NCBI GenBank assembly: GCA_964630515.1
Contig: CAZVVP010000002.1
Coordinates: 12,302 to 76,301 of the forward strand
Source of the DNA: an uncultured Christensenella sp.
Lineage (GTDB): Bacteria; Bacillota; Clostridia; Christensenellales; UBA1242
Reading direction: 5' to 3'
DNA length: 64,000 nucleotides
A model generated the notes under the pieces. It saw nothing but the letters and a program-made list of their open reading frames with translations, was not told where the DNA came from and did no database searches. Shown here in pieces: positions 36,361-45,455 of this stretch (position 1 is the first letter of the stretch; the number at the start of each line of letters is the position of its first letter). The translations under genes and the position numbers were made by a program.

Positions 36361-36395
36361 AATCACAAAGCTAATTTAGTTTTGTGATTTTTTTA
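36361..36395 (+). terminator. Intrinsic terminator ending the three-gene operon
   Basis: AATCACAAA / TTTGTGATT perfect 9-bp stem, 11-nt loop, then a T-run. Confidence 0.8.
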
Positions 36396-36437
36396 TTTCA
36401 AAAAAATCACGAAATATAAGCAGTATTGTGAATTTGT

Positions 36438-36466
36438 TTGGGAAATAAAGGAGTTTTTGGTATACT
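36438..36466 (+). promoter_or_regulatory. Candidate extended -10 promoter for plsX-rnc-smc-ftsY
   Basis: TTGGGA (36438-36443), 17-nt spacer ending in TGg, TATACT (36461-36466). Leaves a ~130-nt leader. Confidence 0.4.
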
Positions 36467-36601
36467 AATTTAGATTATAATGTTAGAAGTGTGACTTGAG
36501 TAGCTTTAGTTTACTTCTTTGTATAAAATATTTTAAAAAACAGATTGGAGTTAAAATTAAGTTTAGCCATAATATTCGTGGTTGATGTTTGGAGGATAAT
36601 T

Positions 36602-37621
36602 ATGATAAAAGTAGTTGTTGATGTATTTGGTGGAGATAATTCTCCAGAGGAGATTTTGTTAGGTTCATCAATGGCATTAAAAGAGAATGCGGAACTAAAT
36701 CTTGTATTAGTTGGCGATGAGGATATAATTAATGAGAAGTTAGCGGATTATTCAATTGACAAAGATAGAATAGAGATTGTTGACGCTAAAGAAGTTATTA
36801 CGAATGATGAAGCTCCTACAACTGCTATTAGAACTAAGTCTAATAGTACAATTGTTAAAGGTTTTGAGGCATTAAGACAAAGAGATGATGTAGCAGGTTT
36901 TGTCAGTGCAGGCTCTACCGGCGCAGTTTTGACAGGGGCTTTCTTGAAGTTAGGAAGAACTGCAGGAGTTTCTAGACCTGCTCTTTGTCCAATTTTGCCT
37001 ACAGTGACAGGCGGGAAAGTGGCTATTATTGACTGTGGTGCTAATATGGATTCCAAGCCAATTAACCTAGTGCATTTTGCTATTATGGGCAATGCTTATC
37101 TTAAGTCTGTATATGGCATTGAAAATCCAAGAGTGGCATTACTTAGTGTCGGTGTTGAGGACCACAAAGGAAATGAATTAACAAAGGAAGTTTTCCATCA
37201 ACTAAAGCAATTGAAAGAGATTAATTTTGTTGGTAACATGGAAGCAAGAGATTTGCTTAGTGGAGACTATGATTTGGTTGTTTGTGATGGTTTTGCAGGT
37301 AATGTTTTGCTAAAATCTACAGAAGGTGCTGTTATGGGACTTCTTAAGATAATGAAGGGTGAAATTAAGAAAAGAACTGGAGCGAAAATTGGTGCATTAT
37401 TTATGAAGCCAGTATTTAAAGAATTAAAGAATACTTTAGACTTTAATAAGAAAGGCGGTTCTGTTCTTCTCGGTTGCAAAAAGATAGTTGTTAAGTGTCA
37501 TGGTTCTAGTAAGGCTTATAGTATTAAGTGTGGAATTGAGCAAGTAATTGAAGCGAAGAATGCGGATGTTTGTAAGATTATTGAAGATGCTGTTAATGCA
37601 GTGGAAGTAAAAAGTGAATAA
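36602..37621 (+). CDS. plsX: Phosphate acyltransferase PlsX
   Basis: GGAGGA at 36591-36596, then ATG at 36602 (MIKVVVDVFGGDNSPEE, the canonical PlsX N-terminus). C-terminal VVKCHGSSKA. The ORF-track start at 36545 adds 19 non-homologous residues. Confidence 0.92.
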   Translation: MIKVVVDVFGGDNSPEEILLGSSMALKENAELNLVLVGDEDIINEKLADYSIDKDRIEIVDAKEVITNDEAPTTAIRTKSNSTIVKGFEALRQRDDVAGFVSAGSTGAVLTGAFLKLGRTAGVSRPALCPILPTVTGGKVAIIDCGANMDSKPINLVHFAIMGNAYLKSVYGIENPRVALLSVGVEDHKGNELTKEVFHQLKQLKEINFVGNMEARDLLSGDYDLVVCDGFAGNVLLKSTEGAVMGLLKIMKGEIKKRTGAKIGALFMKPVFKELKNTLDFNKKGGSVLLGCKKIVVKCHGSSKAYSIKCGIEQVIEAKNADVCKIIEDAVNAVEVKSE

Positions 37622-38294
37622 TATGGTTGATGAAATTGAAAAAATAATTGGATATACTTTTAATAATAAAGATTTACTTTTGCAAGCTTTTACTCATTCT
37701 TCATTTGCCCATGAACATGGAACTAAAGATTATGAGAAACTAGAATTTTTGGGTGATAGTATACTGGAGACTATAACTACAATTTTCTTATATAATAACT
37801 TTAATGAAAGTGAAGGTAATTTAAGTAAAATCAGGGCTAAGGTTGTATCAGCACAGAGCCTTTATGATGCGATAGAGAAGTTAGGACTAATTAGGTATAT
37901 TAGAGTTGGTGGAAGTATAGATTCTAGAAACATACCGCTTAATATTGTTGCAGATGTATTTGAAAGTATAATTGCGGGAATTTATCTGGATAGTAATAGT
38001 CACGAAGAAGTTACAAAGTTTGTGATTAATAGTTTAATTATTTCTAAATCCAACATTGAGGAAATAATTAATCATCTAGTGGATTATAAGACACTTCTTC
38101 AAGAGAAATTACAAGCAGTTGGCAAAATGGCACATTATGAAGCTGAGGAGATAAAAGAAGGTAGTAGCTTATCTTTCTTAATTAACTTGATAATAGATGA
38201 CAAAATTGTCGCTACTCACACATCCTCTTCTAAGAAATTAGGAGAACAGGCGTGTGCTAAGACAGTTTTAGAGGAAAATGGAGGCATATTTTGA
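37614..38294 (+). CDS. rnc: Ribonuclease III
   Basis: Signature EKLEFLGDSILE. C-terminal dsRBD-type DYKTLLQEKLQ. Overlaps the plsX stop. An alternative ATG start lies at 37623. Confidence 0.9.
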   Translation: MNNMVDEIEKIIGYTFNNKDLLLQAFTHSSFAHEHGTKDYEKLEFLGDSILETITTIFLYNNFNESEGNLSKIRAKVVSAQSLYDAIEKLGLIRYIRVGGSIDSRNIPLNIVADVFESIIAGIYLDSNSHEEVTKFVINSLIISKSNIEEIINHLVDYKTLLQEKLQAVGKMAHYEAEEIKEGSSLSFLINLIIDDKIVATHTSSSKKLGEQACAKTVLEENGGIF

Positions 38295-41200
38295 ACTTTA
38301 AACAAATAGAAATGATTGGATTTAAGTCATTCGCTGACCCAATCAAGATTGTTTTACAACCAGGAATTAATGCAATAGTTGGCCCAAATGGTTGCGGAAA
38401 GAGTAATGTAGCTGATGCTATCAAATGGGTTTTGGGAGAACAAAGTAGCAAGAATCTTCGTGGCGACACTATGCAAGATGTAATCTTCAAGGGTACAGAG
38501 AAGAGGAAGGGTACTAGTTTTTGTGAGGTCTCTCTATGCTTTGATAATTCTAACAAACTATTTAATACTCCATTTGAAGAATTTACTATTACAAGAAAGC
38601 TTTACAAGAACGGTGATAGTGAGTATATGTTAAATAACACTCCTTGCAGACTAAAGCAAATTGTAGAAATTCTTCACAATACTGGTGTTGGTAAAGGTGG
38701 ATATTCAATCATTAGTCAAGGTATGGTTAGTAAGATATTGCAGAGCAAACCAGAAGAAAGAAGAGTGATATTTGAAGAAGCTGCAGGTATTGCAGGATAC
38801 AAGGCTAAGAAAGTAGAGGCTGAGAGAAAGTTAGAGAGAACTCAGGCAAACTTAGACAATATTCAGAACATTTTGACAGAGATTGACAGACAACTTACTC
38901 CTCTAAAAAAGCAATCTGAAACTGCCAAAATTTACTTAAAATTGAAAGAGGAGTTAAAACTTTTAGAAGTTAATGCATACATATATCAATATGATTATGC
39001 TAGTGAGAATAAGGAAATTATTCAAGCCAAAATTGATTCTATAGTTAAAGAATTAACTCAGAAACAAAAAGATTTAGATAGTGTTGTTGTAAGATACAAT
39101 AGTGACTTCAATAAGCTTAATAATCTTGATGAAGATGTTAAGTCGGTACACGAAAGAATTCTTGATTTAACAGTTCAGTTAGAAAAGCAGTTTGGTCAAA
39201 GTAACTTAGTTAAAGAAAAGATAAAGAATTTGGTTAGTGAGGTTACAAGACTAGAGGAAGAGATTAGTGATAATAAAGCTAAACTTGACCAGCTAAATCA
39301 ATCTGTTTATACTAGCAAAAACACTAAAGCTTCTAAAGAAAATGAAGTTTTGATTTCTAAGACTCAACTTGGAGAGTTAGAGCAAAATTATTTAGAAGTT
39401 TGTAATGAGTTGCAGATTGGAGAGGAAGAAGCAATAGGCTTGCAACAAGATTTGCTTGATTCTCTTAACAAATTATCTGATGTTAAAGCAAGGGTAAGTG
39501 CACTCAAAGTGGAGAAGGAGAATTATTCTAATAACTTGGATACTGCACTAGCAGATAAGAATGAGTTAAATAGAAAGTTAACCTTGCTTCAAACTGATGA
39601 AGATGCAAGACTTAAACAGCTTCAAACCATGGCAAGAGATAAGAAAGAGAAAGAGTCTTTGGTGTCACAGTTAAACCAAAAACAAAATACTTTAAGAGGC
39701 GAAATTGACATTCTTAATAAGAATTTGGCTGAATGTAACTCAAGTACAATTAGGGTAAAACAACAGTTAAATATGTATGAGTCAATGCAAAGAGAATATG
39801 AGGGCTTTGCTGGTGCAGTTAGAAGACTTCTTAAAGATTCTGAACAAAACCAAGAACTAAAGAAAAGAATTATTGGTGTTGTTGCTAATCTTATTAAAGT
39901 GCCGGAAAAGTATCAAGTTGCAATTGAAATGGCACTTGGTAATGCGGTTCAAAACATTGTCACTGCATCTGATGAATTTGCAAAATATTTAATTAATTAT
40001 CTTAAGCAAAAAGAATATGGAAGAGTAACATTCCTTCCACTTAATTCTGTTAAAATAAGGGTGTTTGATAACAAATATCTATCTTACTTGAAAGGGAATG
40101 ATATTTTTGGTATTGCTGAAAATTTAATCGAATTTGATAACAGTATTAAGCCTGTTATTTCCAGTTTGCTTGGCACAACTGTTATAGTTAGAGATTCAGA
40201 CACTGCAGTTAACTTGGCAAAGTCAACAGGATATTCCTTTAGAATAGTTACCCTAGACGGCGATATTATTTCTACTCAAGGAAGCATTACTGGAGGAAGT
40301 AAGAAAACACAAGGAACAAACTTGCTTAGTCGTGAAACGGAGATTCAAGAATTAACTGCTACTTTGAAAAAATTAGAATTAGAATATTCTAACTTAACAA
40401 ATATTGTAAACAATAAGACTGCTGAGTATAAGAAACTTATAGAAGAAGTTAATAGTATGACAATTTCTATACATAACATGGAAGTCGCTTATGCTAAAGA
40501 AAACGAGGTATATTCTAACATTAATGCAAGCAAAACAGCTATGCAAAATGATTTGACTAAGATTGATAGCAATATAGATAAATTTAATCAAATGCTTCAA
40601 AGTATTAATAACGAATTGAATAAGTATGAGAGTCAAGAAGGTGAAATTCATGACAAAAATACTAATTTTGGTCAAAATCAGAACGATTTCTCTGTTTTAA
40701 AGGCAAGAAGAGAAGACTTGCTTAACAAAATCACTGAATTGAAGATTGCTATTGCTGGTATGGAAAGTGAGATTTCTATTTTTGACCAAGAGATTGATAG
40801 AACAAATGCGGAAATTGGCTTAATACTTGAGGAAAATACACATCTTGCTAAGCAATTAAACCTTAATAAAACTATGCTTGATGAGTATAAAAAATCCACA
40901 GATGTAGTAACCTTAGAAAGGGCTAATACTTTAGCTGAAGAAGATTTAAGAAAAGAGAGATTAAAACTTCAAGAATTAGAAAATTCAAAAACTAGTCTGC
41001 AGGCAGATCTAAGATTCTATGATAACGAAAGATTAAGACTTTTGGAAGAAGTTAATAAACTTCAGGATAAGAAATATCAACAAGATTTGAATTTAACTAA
41101 GGTTGATACAGATATAGAGTCAATGCAAGAGCGTGTTTGGGAAGAGTATGAACTTACTTATGCTAGTGCTTTACAATTTAAGCAAGATATTTTTGACCTT

Positions 41201-41869
41201 AAATCTGCTCTGCAAGATATCAATAGAATAAAGAAACAAATTCAAGGTTTAGGCAATATTAATATTAATGCTATAGAAGACTACAAATTATTAGAACAAA
41301 GACATGGCAATATGTACGAACAGGCTCAAGATTTGCTTAAGGCTGAAAATGATATTAAAGAAATAATTAAGTCTTTGTCAGAAGAAATGACTACAATCTT
41401 TGTAGACCAATTTAACAAGATTAATGAGAATTTTGGCATAATATTTAAAGAATTATTTGGTGGTGGAAGAGCATCATTAAAATTACTAGACGAGAGTTCT
41501 GTCTTAGAGTCAGGTGTTGAAATTGAAGCTGTCCCACCAGAGAAAAAATTAAATAGTACCAAGCTTTTATCAGGTGGTGAGCAAGCGTTAGTTGCTATTG
41601 CAATATTATTTGCAATACTCAAGCTTAAACCAATGCCATTCTGTCTACTTGATGAGATTGAAGCACCGCTAGATGAGGCAAATGTATATAGATTTGTACA
41701 GTATCTAAAAAGATATGCTGGGGAAACACAATTTATTGTAATTACCCACAAAAAGCCTACTATGGAGTATTCTGATTGCTTGTTTGGAATAACTATGGAA
41801 GAAAAAGGTGTTTCTAAAGTTGTATCTGTAAAATTAAATGAAGCAGTAAAGATGGCGGAGGTTAAATAA
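38291..41869 (+). CDS. smc: Chromosome partition protein SMC
   Basis: N-terminus MNFKQIEMIGFKSFA with Walker A GPNGCGKSN. Long coiled coils. Signature LSGGEQALVAIA. Walker B FCLLDEIEAPLD. TTG start overlaps the rnc TGA, with GGAGG 7 nt upstream. Confidence 0.95.
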   Translation: MNFKQIEMIGFKSFADPIKIVLQPGINAIVGPNGCGKSNVADAIKWVLGEQSSKNLRGDTMQDVIFKGTEKRKGTSFCEVSLCFDNSNKLFNTPFEEFTITRKLYKNGDSEYMLNNTPCRLKQIVEILHNTGVGKGGYSIISQGMVSKILQSKPEERRVIFEEAAGIAGYKAKKVEAERKLERTQANLDNIQNILTEIDRQLTPLKKQSETAKIYLKLKEELKLLEVNAYIYQYDYASENKEIIQAKIDSIVKELTQKQKDLDSVVVRYNSDFNKLNNLDEDVKSVHERILDLTVQLEKQFGQSNLVKEKIKNLVSEVTRLEEEISDNKAKLDQLNQSVYTSKNTKASKENEVLISKTQLGELEQNYLEVCNELQIGEEEAIGLQQDLLDSLNKLSDVKARVSALKVEKENYSNNLDTALADKNELNRKLTLLQTDEDARLKQLQTMARDKKEKESLVSQLNQKQNTLRGEIDILNKNLAECNSSTIRVKQQLNMYESMQREYEGFAGAVRRLLKDSEQNQELKKRIIGVVANLIKVPEKYQVAIEMALGNAVQNIVTASDEFAKYLINYLKQKEYGRVTFLPLNSVKIRVFDNKYLSYLKGNDIFGIAENLIEFDNSIKPVISSLLGTTVIVRDSDTAVNLAKSTGYSFRIVTLDGDIISTQGSITGGSKKTQGTNLLSRETEIQELTATLKKLELEYSNLTNIVNNKTAEYKKLIEEVNSMTISIHNMEVAYAKENEVYSNINASKTAMQNDLTKIDSNIDKFNQMLQSINNELNKYESQEGEIHDKNTNFGQNQNDFSVLKARREDLLNKITELKIAIAGMESEISIFDQEIDRTNAEIGLILEENTHLAKQLNLNKTMLDEYKKSTDVVTLERANTLAEEDLRKERLKLQELENSKTSLQADLRFYDNERLRLLEEVNKLQDKKYQQDLNLTKVDTDIESMQERVWEEYELTYASALQFKQDIFDLKSALQDINRIKKQIQGLGNININAIEDYKLLEQRHGNMYEQAQDLLKAENDIKEIIKSLSEEMTTIFVDQFNKINENFGIIFKELFGGGRASLKLLDESSVLESGVEIEAVPPEKKLNSTKLLSGGEQALVAIAILFAILKLKPMPFCLLDEIEAPLDEANVYRFVQYLKRYAGETQFIVITHKKPTMEYSDCLFGITMEEKGVSKVVSVKLNEAVKMAEVK

Positions 41870-42756
41870 TGGGATTTTTTAGTAAAATTTTTGCTGGTTT
41901 AAAGAAAACAAAAGATGCACTTGTTAGCAAAATTAATTCAATTTTTCATGGCGAATTAGATGATGAATTTTTTGAAGATTTGGAGTATACTTTGATATCT
42001 TCAGACATCAGCGTTGATGCTACTGAAGAAATTATTTCTAAGGTTAAAGCTATTTCAAAAAAACAAAAAATCAAGACAATTGATGAGTTTAAAGAATGCC
42101 TGAAAGAGTCAATGATAAGTATTTTGGAAGTTGAGGAAGAAGAAGAGTCAACTCCAGTTGCTATCACAATTGTTGGTGTCAATGGTGTGGGTAAAACAAC
42201 CGCGATAGGCAAGTTAGCTCATGCTTTTAAATCTGATAGAAAGAGTGTCTTGCTGGTTGCGGGAGATACGTTTAGAGCGGCAGCTGCAGACCAGCTTACA
42301 GAATGGTCCAAAAGAGCAGGTGTTAGAATAGTTAAGTACACAGAAGGTGCAGACCCGGGTGCTGTTGTGTATGATGGGCTCGAGAGTGCTAAGGCAAAAA
42401 AAGACGATATTGTACTTATTGACACTGCTGGAAGATTGCAAAATAAGTCTAACTTAATGGAAGAGTTAAGGAAGATTAATAAAGTTATTGACAAAGCTTG
42501 GACAGGTGAGAGAAAAAATTATATTGTCCTAGATGCAACAACTGGTCAAAATGCGCTTAGTCAAGTAGAAATTTTTAACGAAATTATCCATCTTGATGGA
42601 ATAATTTTGACAAAATTAGACGGAACAGCGAAAGGTGGTGTTGTATTTTCTATTGTTAAAGAGTATAATATCCCAGTCAAATATATTGGTGTTGGTGAAG
42701 GTATTGATGATTTACAACCATTTAATGCCAAAGATTTTATTGATTCAATCGTATAG
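41869..42756 (+). CDS. ftsY: Signal recognition particle receptor FtsY (short form)
   Basis: GVNGVGKTT, DTAGR, TKLDGTAKGG. The ATG overlaps the smc TAA (TAATG). Confidence 0.93.
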   Translation: MGFFSKIFAGLKKTKDALVSKINSIFHGELDDEFFEDLEYTLISSDISVDATEEIISKVKAISKKQKIKTIDEFKECLKESMISILEVEEEEESTPVAITIVGVNGVGKTTAIGKLAHAFKSDRKSVLLVAGDTFRAAAADQLTEWSKRAGVRIVKYTEGADPGAVVYDGLESAKAKKDDIVLIDTAGRLQNKSNLMEELRKINKVIDKAWTGERKNYIVLDATTGQNALSQVEIFNEIIHLDGIILTKLDGTAKGGVVFSIVKEYNIPVKYIGVGEGIDDLQPFNAKDFIDSIV

Positions 42757-42778
42757 TAAATTACAAAAATTTGTCCTT

Positions 42779-42831
42779 TTGACAAAAATATTAACAATTT
42801 GCTATATATTTTGGAAATTATTTGATATAAT
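42779..42831 (+). promoter_or_regulatory. Candidate promoters upstream of the secG-like gene
   Basis: TTGACA (42779-42784), 18-nt spacer, TATATA (42803-42808). Also an extended -10 element TGaTATAAT at 42823-42831. Confidence 0.35.
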
Positions 42832-42856
42832 TTGAAAAATATTAAAAGGAGTAAAT

Positions 42857-43174
42857 ATGTTGACAAGATTTTTAAGTGCAAAGAGTATGCCAGTATGGAT
42901 GGAAACTTCATTTCCTATTATCCAAATTGTTCTTCTTTCTTTAATTGCTATTAGTTCAGTTTTGATTATTATAGCTGTATTAAAGAAACCTTCAAATCCA
43001 GAGAGTGGAACAAATGCTATTACTGGTATCAGTGACACATATTATATGCAAAACAAATCTAATACTAAAGAAGGAAGACTTCAGAAATTAATCATTATAG
43101 CTATGTCTTGTATTTTTGCTTTCACTGTAATCTACTTTATTTTACAATTAATCATGAATTCTTACACAATTTAA
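42857..43174 (+). CDS. secG: Small two-TM membrane protein, probably preprotein translocase subunit SecG
   Basis: RBS AAAGGAG at 42844-42850. Two hydrophobic helices flank a loop, SGTNAITGISDTYYMQNKSNTKEGRLQKL. This resembles the clostridial SecG pattern G..G....F.GKNKGRT.D..L as I recall it. Confidence 0.5.
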   Translation: MLTRFLSAKSMPVWMETSFPIIQIVLLSLIAISSVLIIIAVLKKPSNPESGTNAITGISDTYYMQNKSNTKEGRLQKLIIIAMSCIFAFTVIYFILQLIMNSYTI

Positions 43175-43187
43175 TTTAAGGTGATAA

Positions 43188-43610
43188 ATGGATAATAATT
43201 ATTACAAGATAATGGCAATAGACTATGGCGATGTAAGGATAGGGATTGCATTAAGCGATTTGACAAGAACAATTGCCAATGGTTATGAGAATTATACCAG
43301 AAAATCTATTGAAGAAGATATTAATCATCTTAACGATATAATTAAGAATAACATGGTTAAGAAAGTAGTTTTTGGACTTCCTAGAAATATGGACGGAACA
43401 GACAGTGAGCAAACAATTAAGACTAGAGAATTTGCTAAAGAATTTAGCAGAATTTCTGGCATAGAAGTTGTTTTCCAAGATGAGCGATTAACATCAAAGC
43501 TTGCAGAAAGGATGTTAATAAACGCTGATGTGTCTAGAAATAAGAGAAAAAATGTACTAGACAAGCTTTCTGCAACAATAATCTTACAAGATTATTTAAA
43601 TCAAATTTAA
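43188..43610 (+). CDS. ruvX: Holliday junction resolvase-like / pre-16S rRNA nuclease RuvX (YqgF)
   Basis: IMAIDYGDVRIGIALSD N-terminal motif. 140 aa. Followed by a DUF1292 gene, as in the B. subtilis yrrK-yrzB pair. Confidence 0.88.
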   Translation: MDNNYYKIMAIDYGDVRIGIALSDLTRTIANGYENYTRKSIEEDINHLNDIIKNNMVKKVVFGLPRNMDGTDSEQTIKTREFAKEFSRISGIEVVFQDERLTSKLAERMLINADVSRNKRKNVLDKLSATIILQDYLNQI

Positions 43611-43624
43611 AGGAGTGTGTACTT

Positions 43625-43939
43625 ATGGCAGAAGAAAAGTCACCAGTAGAGTTGTTATTAGATGAACATAACAACGATAATATCAAATTATATGATGAGA
43701 ATAACAATTGTGTAGAGTTTGAGCAAATTGCAACTATTCCAATGGACGAAAGAATTTTTGTTATCTTAAAGCCAGTAACTTCAATGGAAAATGTTGCAGA
43801 AGACGAAGCGATAGTTTTTGAAATTCAAGAAATTGATGAAGAGGATTGCTTGGTTGTTGTAACTGAAGACAAAATAATTGACAAAGTATTTGATGAATAC
43901 TATGAGATGTTGAAAGCAGAAGGCATTGATGTAGAATAA
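43625..43939 (+). CDS. DUF1292 family protein (YrzB-like)
   Basis: 104 aa, acidic. Pattern NCVEFEQIATIPMDERIFVILKPV...AIVFEIQEIDEED. Conserved position after ruvX. Confidence 0.65.
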   Translation: MAEEKSPVELLLDEHNNDNIKLYDENNNCVEFEQIATIPMDERIFVILKPVTSMENVAEDEAIVFEIQEIDEEDCLVVVTEDKIIDKVFDEYYEMLKAEGIDVE

Positions 43940-43945
43940 TTTTTA

Positions 43946-43978
43946 AAAAATCTCTTTTATAATTGAAAGAGATTTTTT
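43946..43978 (+). terminator. Intrinsic terminator after the DUF1292 gene
   Basis: AAAAATCTCTTT / AAAGAGATTTTT perfect 12-bp stem, 8-nt loop, T-rich 3' side. Confidence 0.7.
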
Positions 43979-44024
43979 ATTTGTAAATTTCTAAAATATA
44001 TTGTTATTTATATGTAATTTATGT

Positions 44025-44053
44025 TTGTAAAATTTAGTTTTTTTTAGTAATAT
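44025..44053 (+). promoter_or_regulatory. Candidate sigma-A-type promoter for frr
   Basis: TTGTAA (44025-44030), 17-nt spacer, TAATAT (44048-44053). Confidence 0.4.
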
Positions 44054-44086
44054 ATTAGAGTATAAAATTATAATTGGAGTAAATAT

Positions 44087-44656
44087 ATGAATATTGAAGA
44101 AGTAAATCTATATATAGATGGATACAAAGAAGATTTGGCAAAAGCTTATGACCATTTGTTAGAAGAAATGACAACTATAAGAGCTGGCAGAGCTAACCCA
44201 AAGATTATTGAAAAGATTACAGTTGATTACTATGGGACACCAACCCCAATTAATCAGATGGCAACAATCTCTGTTCCTGAGGCCCGAATGTTGGTAGTTT
44301 CTTTATGGGATAATAGTATGCTTAAAGCTGTAAGTAAGGCTATTACTGAGGCTAACTTAGGTGTTAATCCTAGTGATGATGGTAGAGTTATTCGACTTGT
44401 TTTCCCTCAGCTTACAGAAGAGAGAAGAAAAGAGTTCACTAAAGAAGTATCTAAGATGACAGAGAACTGCAAAGTTGTTTGCAGAAATGCAAGAAGAGAT
44501 GTCCTTGATGTCTTTAAGAAGATGAAGAAAGATAACGAATTAACAGAAGATGAGATGTCAAAACTAGAGAAAGATATTCAGAAGATATTGGACGATATCA
44601 CTGCACAAATTGATAAATCTAGTGAACAAAAACAAAAAGAATTAATGACAACTTAA
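44087..44656 (+). CDS. frr: Ribosome recycling factor
   Basis: 189 aa. TIRAGRANPKIIEKITVDYYG. RBS GGAG at 44076-44079. Confidence 0.95.
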   Translation: MNIEEVNLYIDGYKEDLAKAYDHLLEEMTTIRAGRANPKIIEKITVDYYGTPTPINQMATISVPEARMLVVSLWDNSMLKAVSKAITEANLGVNPSDDGRVIRLVFPQLTEERRKEFTKEVSKMTENCKVVCRNARRDVLDVFKKMKKDNELTEDEMSKLEKDIQKILDDITAQIDKSSEQKQKELMTT

Positions 44657-44680
44657 ATCTTTTTTCGACAATATTCGCTA

Positions 44681-44708
44681 TTGCAAATGTAAGTATTAGA
44701 TGTATAAT
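44681..44708 (+). promoter_or_regulatory. Candidate sigma-A-type promoter for uppS-cdsA
   Basis: TTGCAA (44681-44686), 16-nt spacer, TATAAT (44703-44708). Confidence 0.45.
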
Positions 44709-44740
44709 AACTTAGATAAATATAACGGAGAGTAAAATAT

Positions 44741-45451
44741 ATGAGTGATAAAAATACACTAAAAGTACCTACGCACATAGCGTTTATAATTGATGGAAAT
44801 GGAAGATGGGCAAAAAGGCGTGGTTTGCCTAGAAATTTGGGACACAAAGCGGGTTTTAATAGACTAAAAAAGATAGTTAAAGATTGTTTCGAATTAGGGA
44901 TAAAATATGTTTCAGTTTATGCATTTTCGACAGAAAACTGGAATAGACCTAAATCAGAAGTTGATGGGCTTATCGAAATTTTTAAGAAATATTTTGATTC
45001 AGAAGAGTTTGAGAAAGACTATCCTGATGTTAGGTTAAAGATAATGGGGGATTATCATAAATTTCCTGAAGATTTAGCCGATATCGCTGACGAAGTCATT
45101 GAAAAAACTAAGGACAAAACACAATTCGTTCTTAATATAGGTATTAACTATAGTGGTAAGGACGAAATAGTTTATGCTGTTAACAGAATCATTAAGGATA
45201 ATGTTAAGAGTGTAGATAGGTCTGTAATTGATAAGTATATTTATACAAGCGATATGCCAGAGCCTGATTTAATAGTAAGAACTAGCGGAGAGTTAAGGCT
45301 TAGCAATTTTATGTTATGGCAGTGTGCTTATAGCGAATTATATTTCCCTAAGACTTTGTGGCCAGATTTTACAAGAAAAGAACTAATTAAGGCTATAGAA
45401 TCTTTTAATAAGAGAAATAGAAGATTTGGAGAGATAAAAGAGGAAGGGTAA
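44741..45451 (+). CDS. uppS: Undecaprenyl diphosphate synthase
   Basis: HIAFIIDGNGRWAKRRGLPR and RTSGELRLSNFMLWQCAYSELYF. Confidence 0.95.
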   Translation: MSDKNTLKVPTHIAFIIDGNGRWAKRRGLPRNLGHKAGFNRLKKIVKDCFELGIKYVSVYAFSTENWNRPKSEVDGLIEIFKKYFDSEEFEKDYPDVRLKIMGDYHKFPEDLADIADEVIEKTKDKTQFVLNIGINYSGKDEIVYAVNRIIKDNVKSVDRSVIDKYIYTSDMPEPDLIVRTSGELRLSNFMLWQCAYSELYFPKTLWPDFTRKELIKAIESFNKRNRRFGEIKEEG

Positions 45452-45455
45452 ACTA

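Noticed and set aside
35881-36366. 161-aa minus-strand ORF rich in Ser/Ala/Thr.
   Set aside because: It is antisense to the Glu/Ala/Lys-rich tail of the 628-aa gene, so its composition is simply the complement of GAA/GCT/AAA codons. It has no RBS and would run into the + strand terminator.
36545-36601. ORF-track TTG start adding 19 residues to PlsX.
   Set aside because: GGAGGA at 36591-36596 precedes the ATG at 36602, and MIKVVVDVFGGD matches the canonical PlsX N-terminus.
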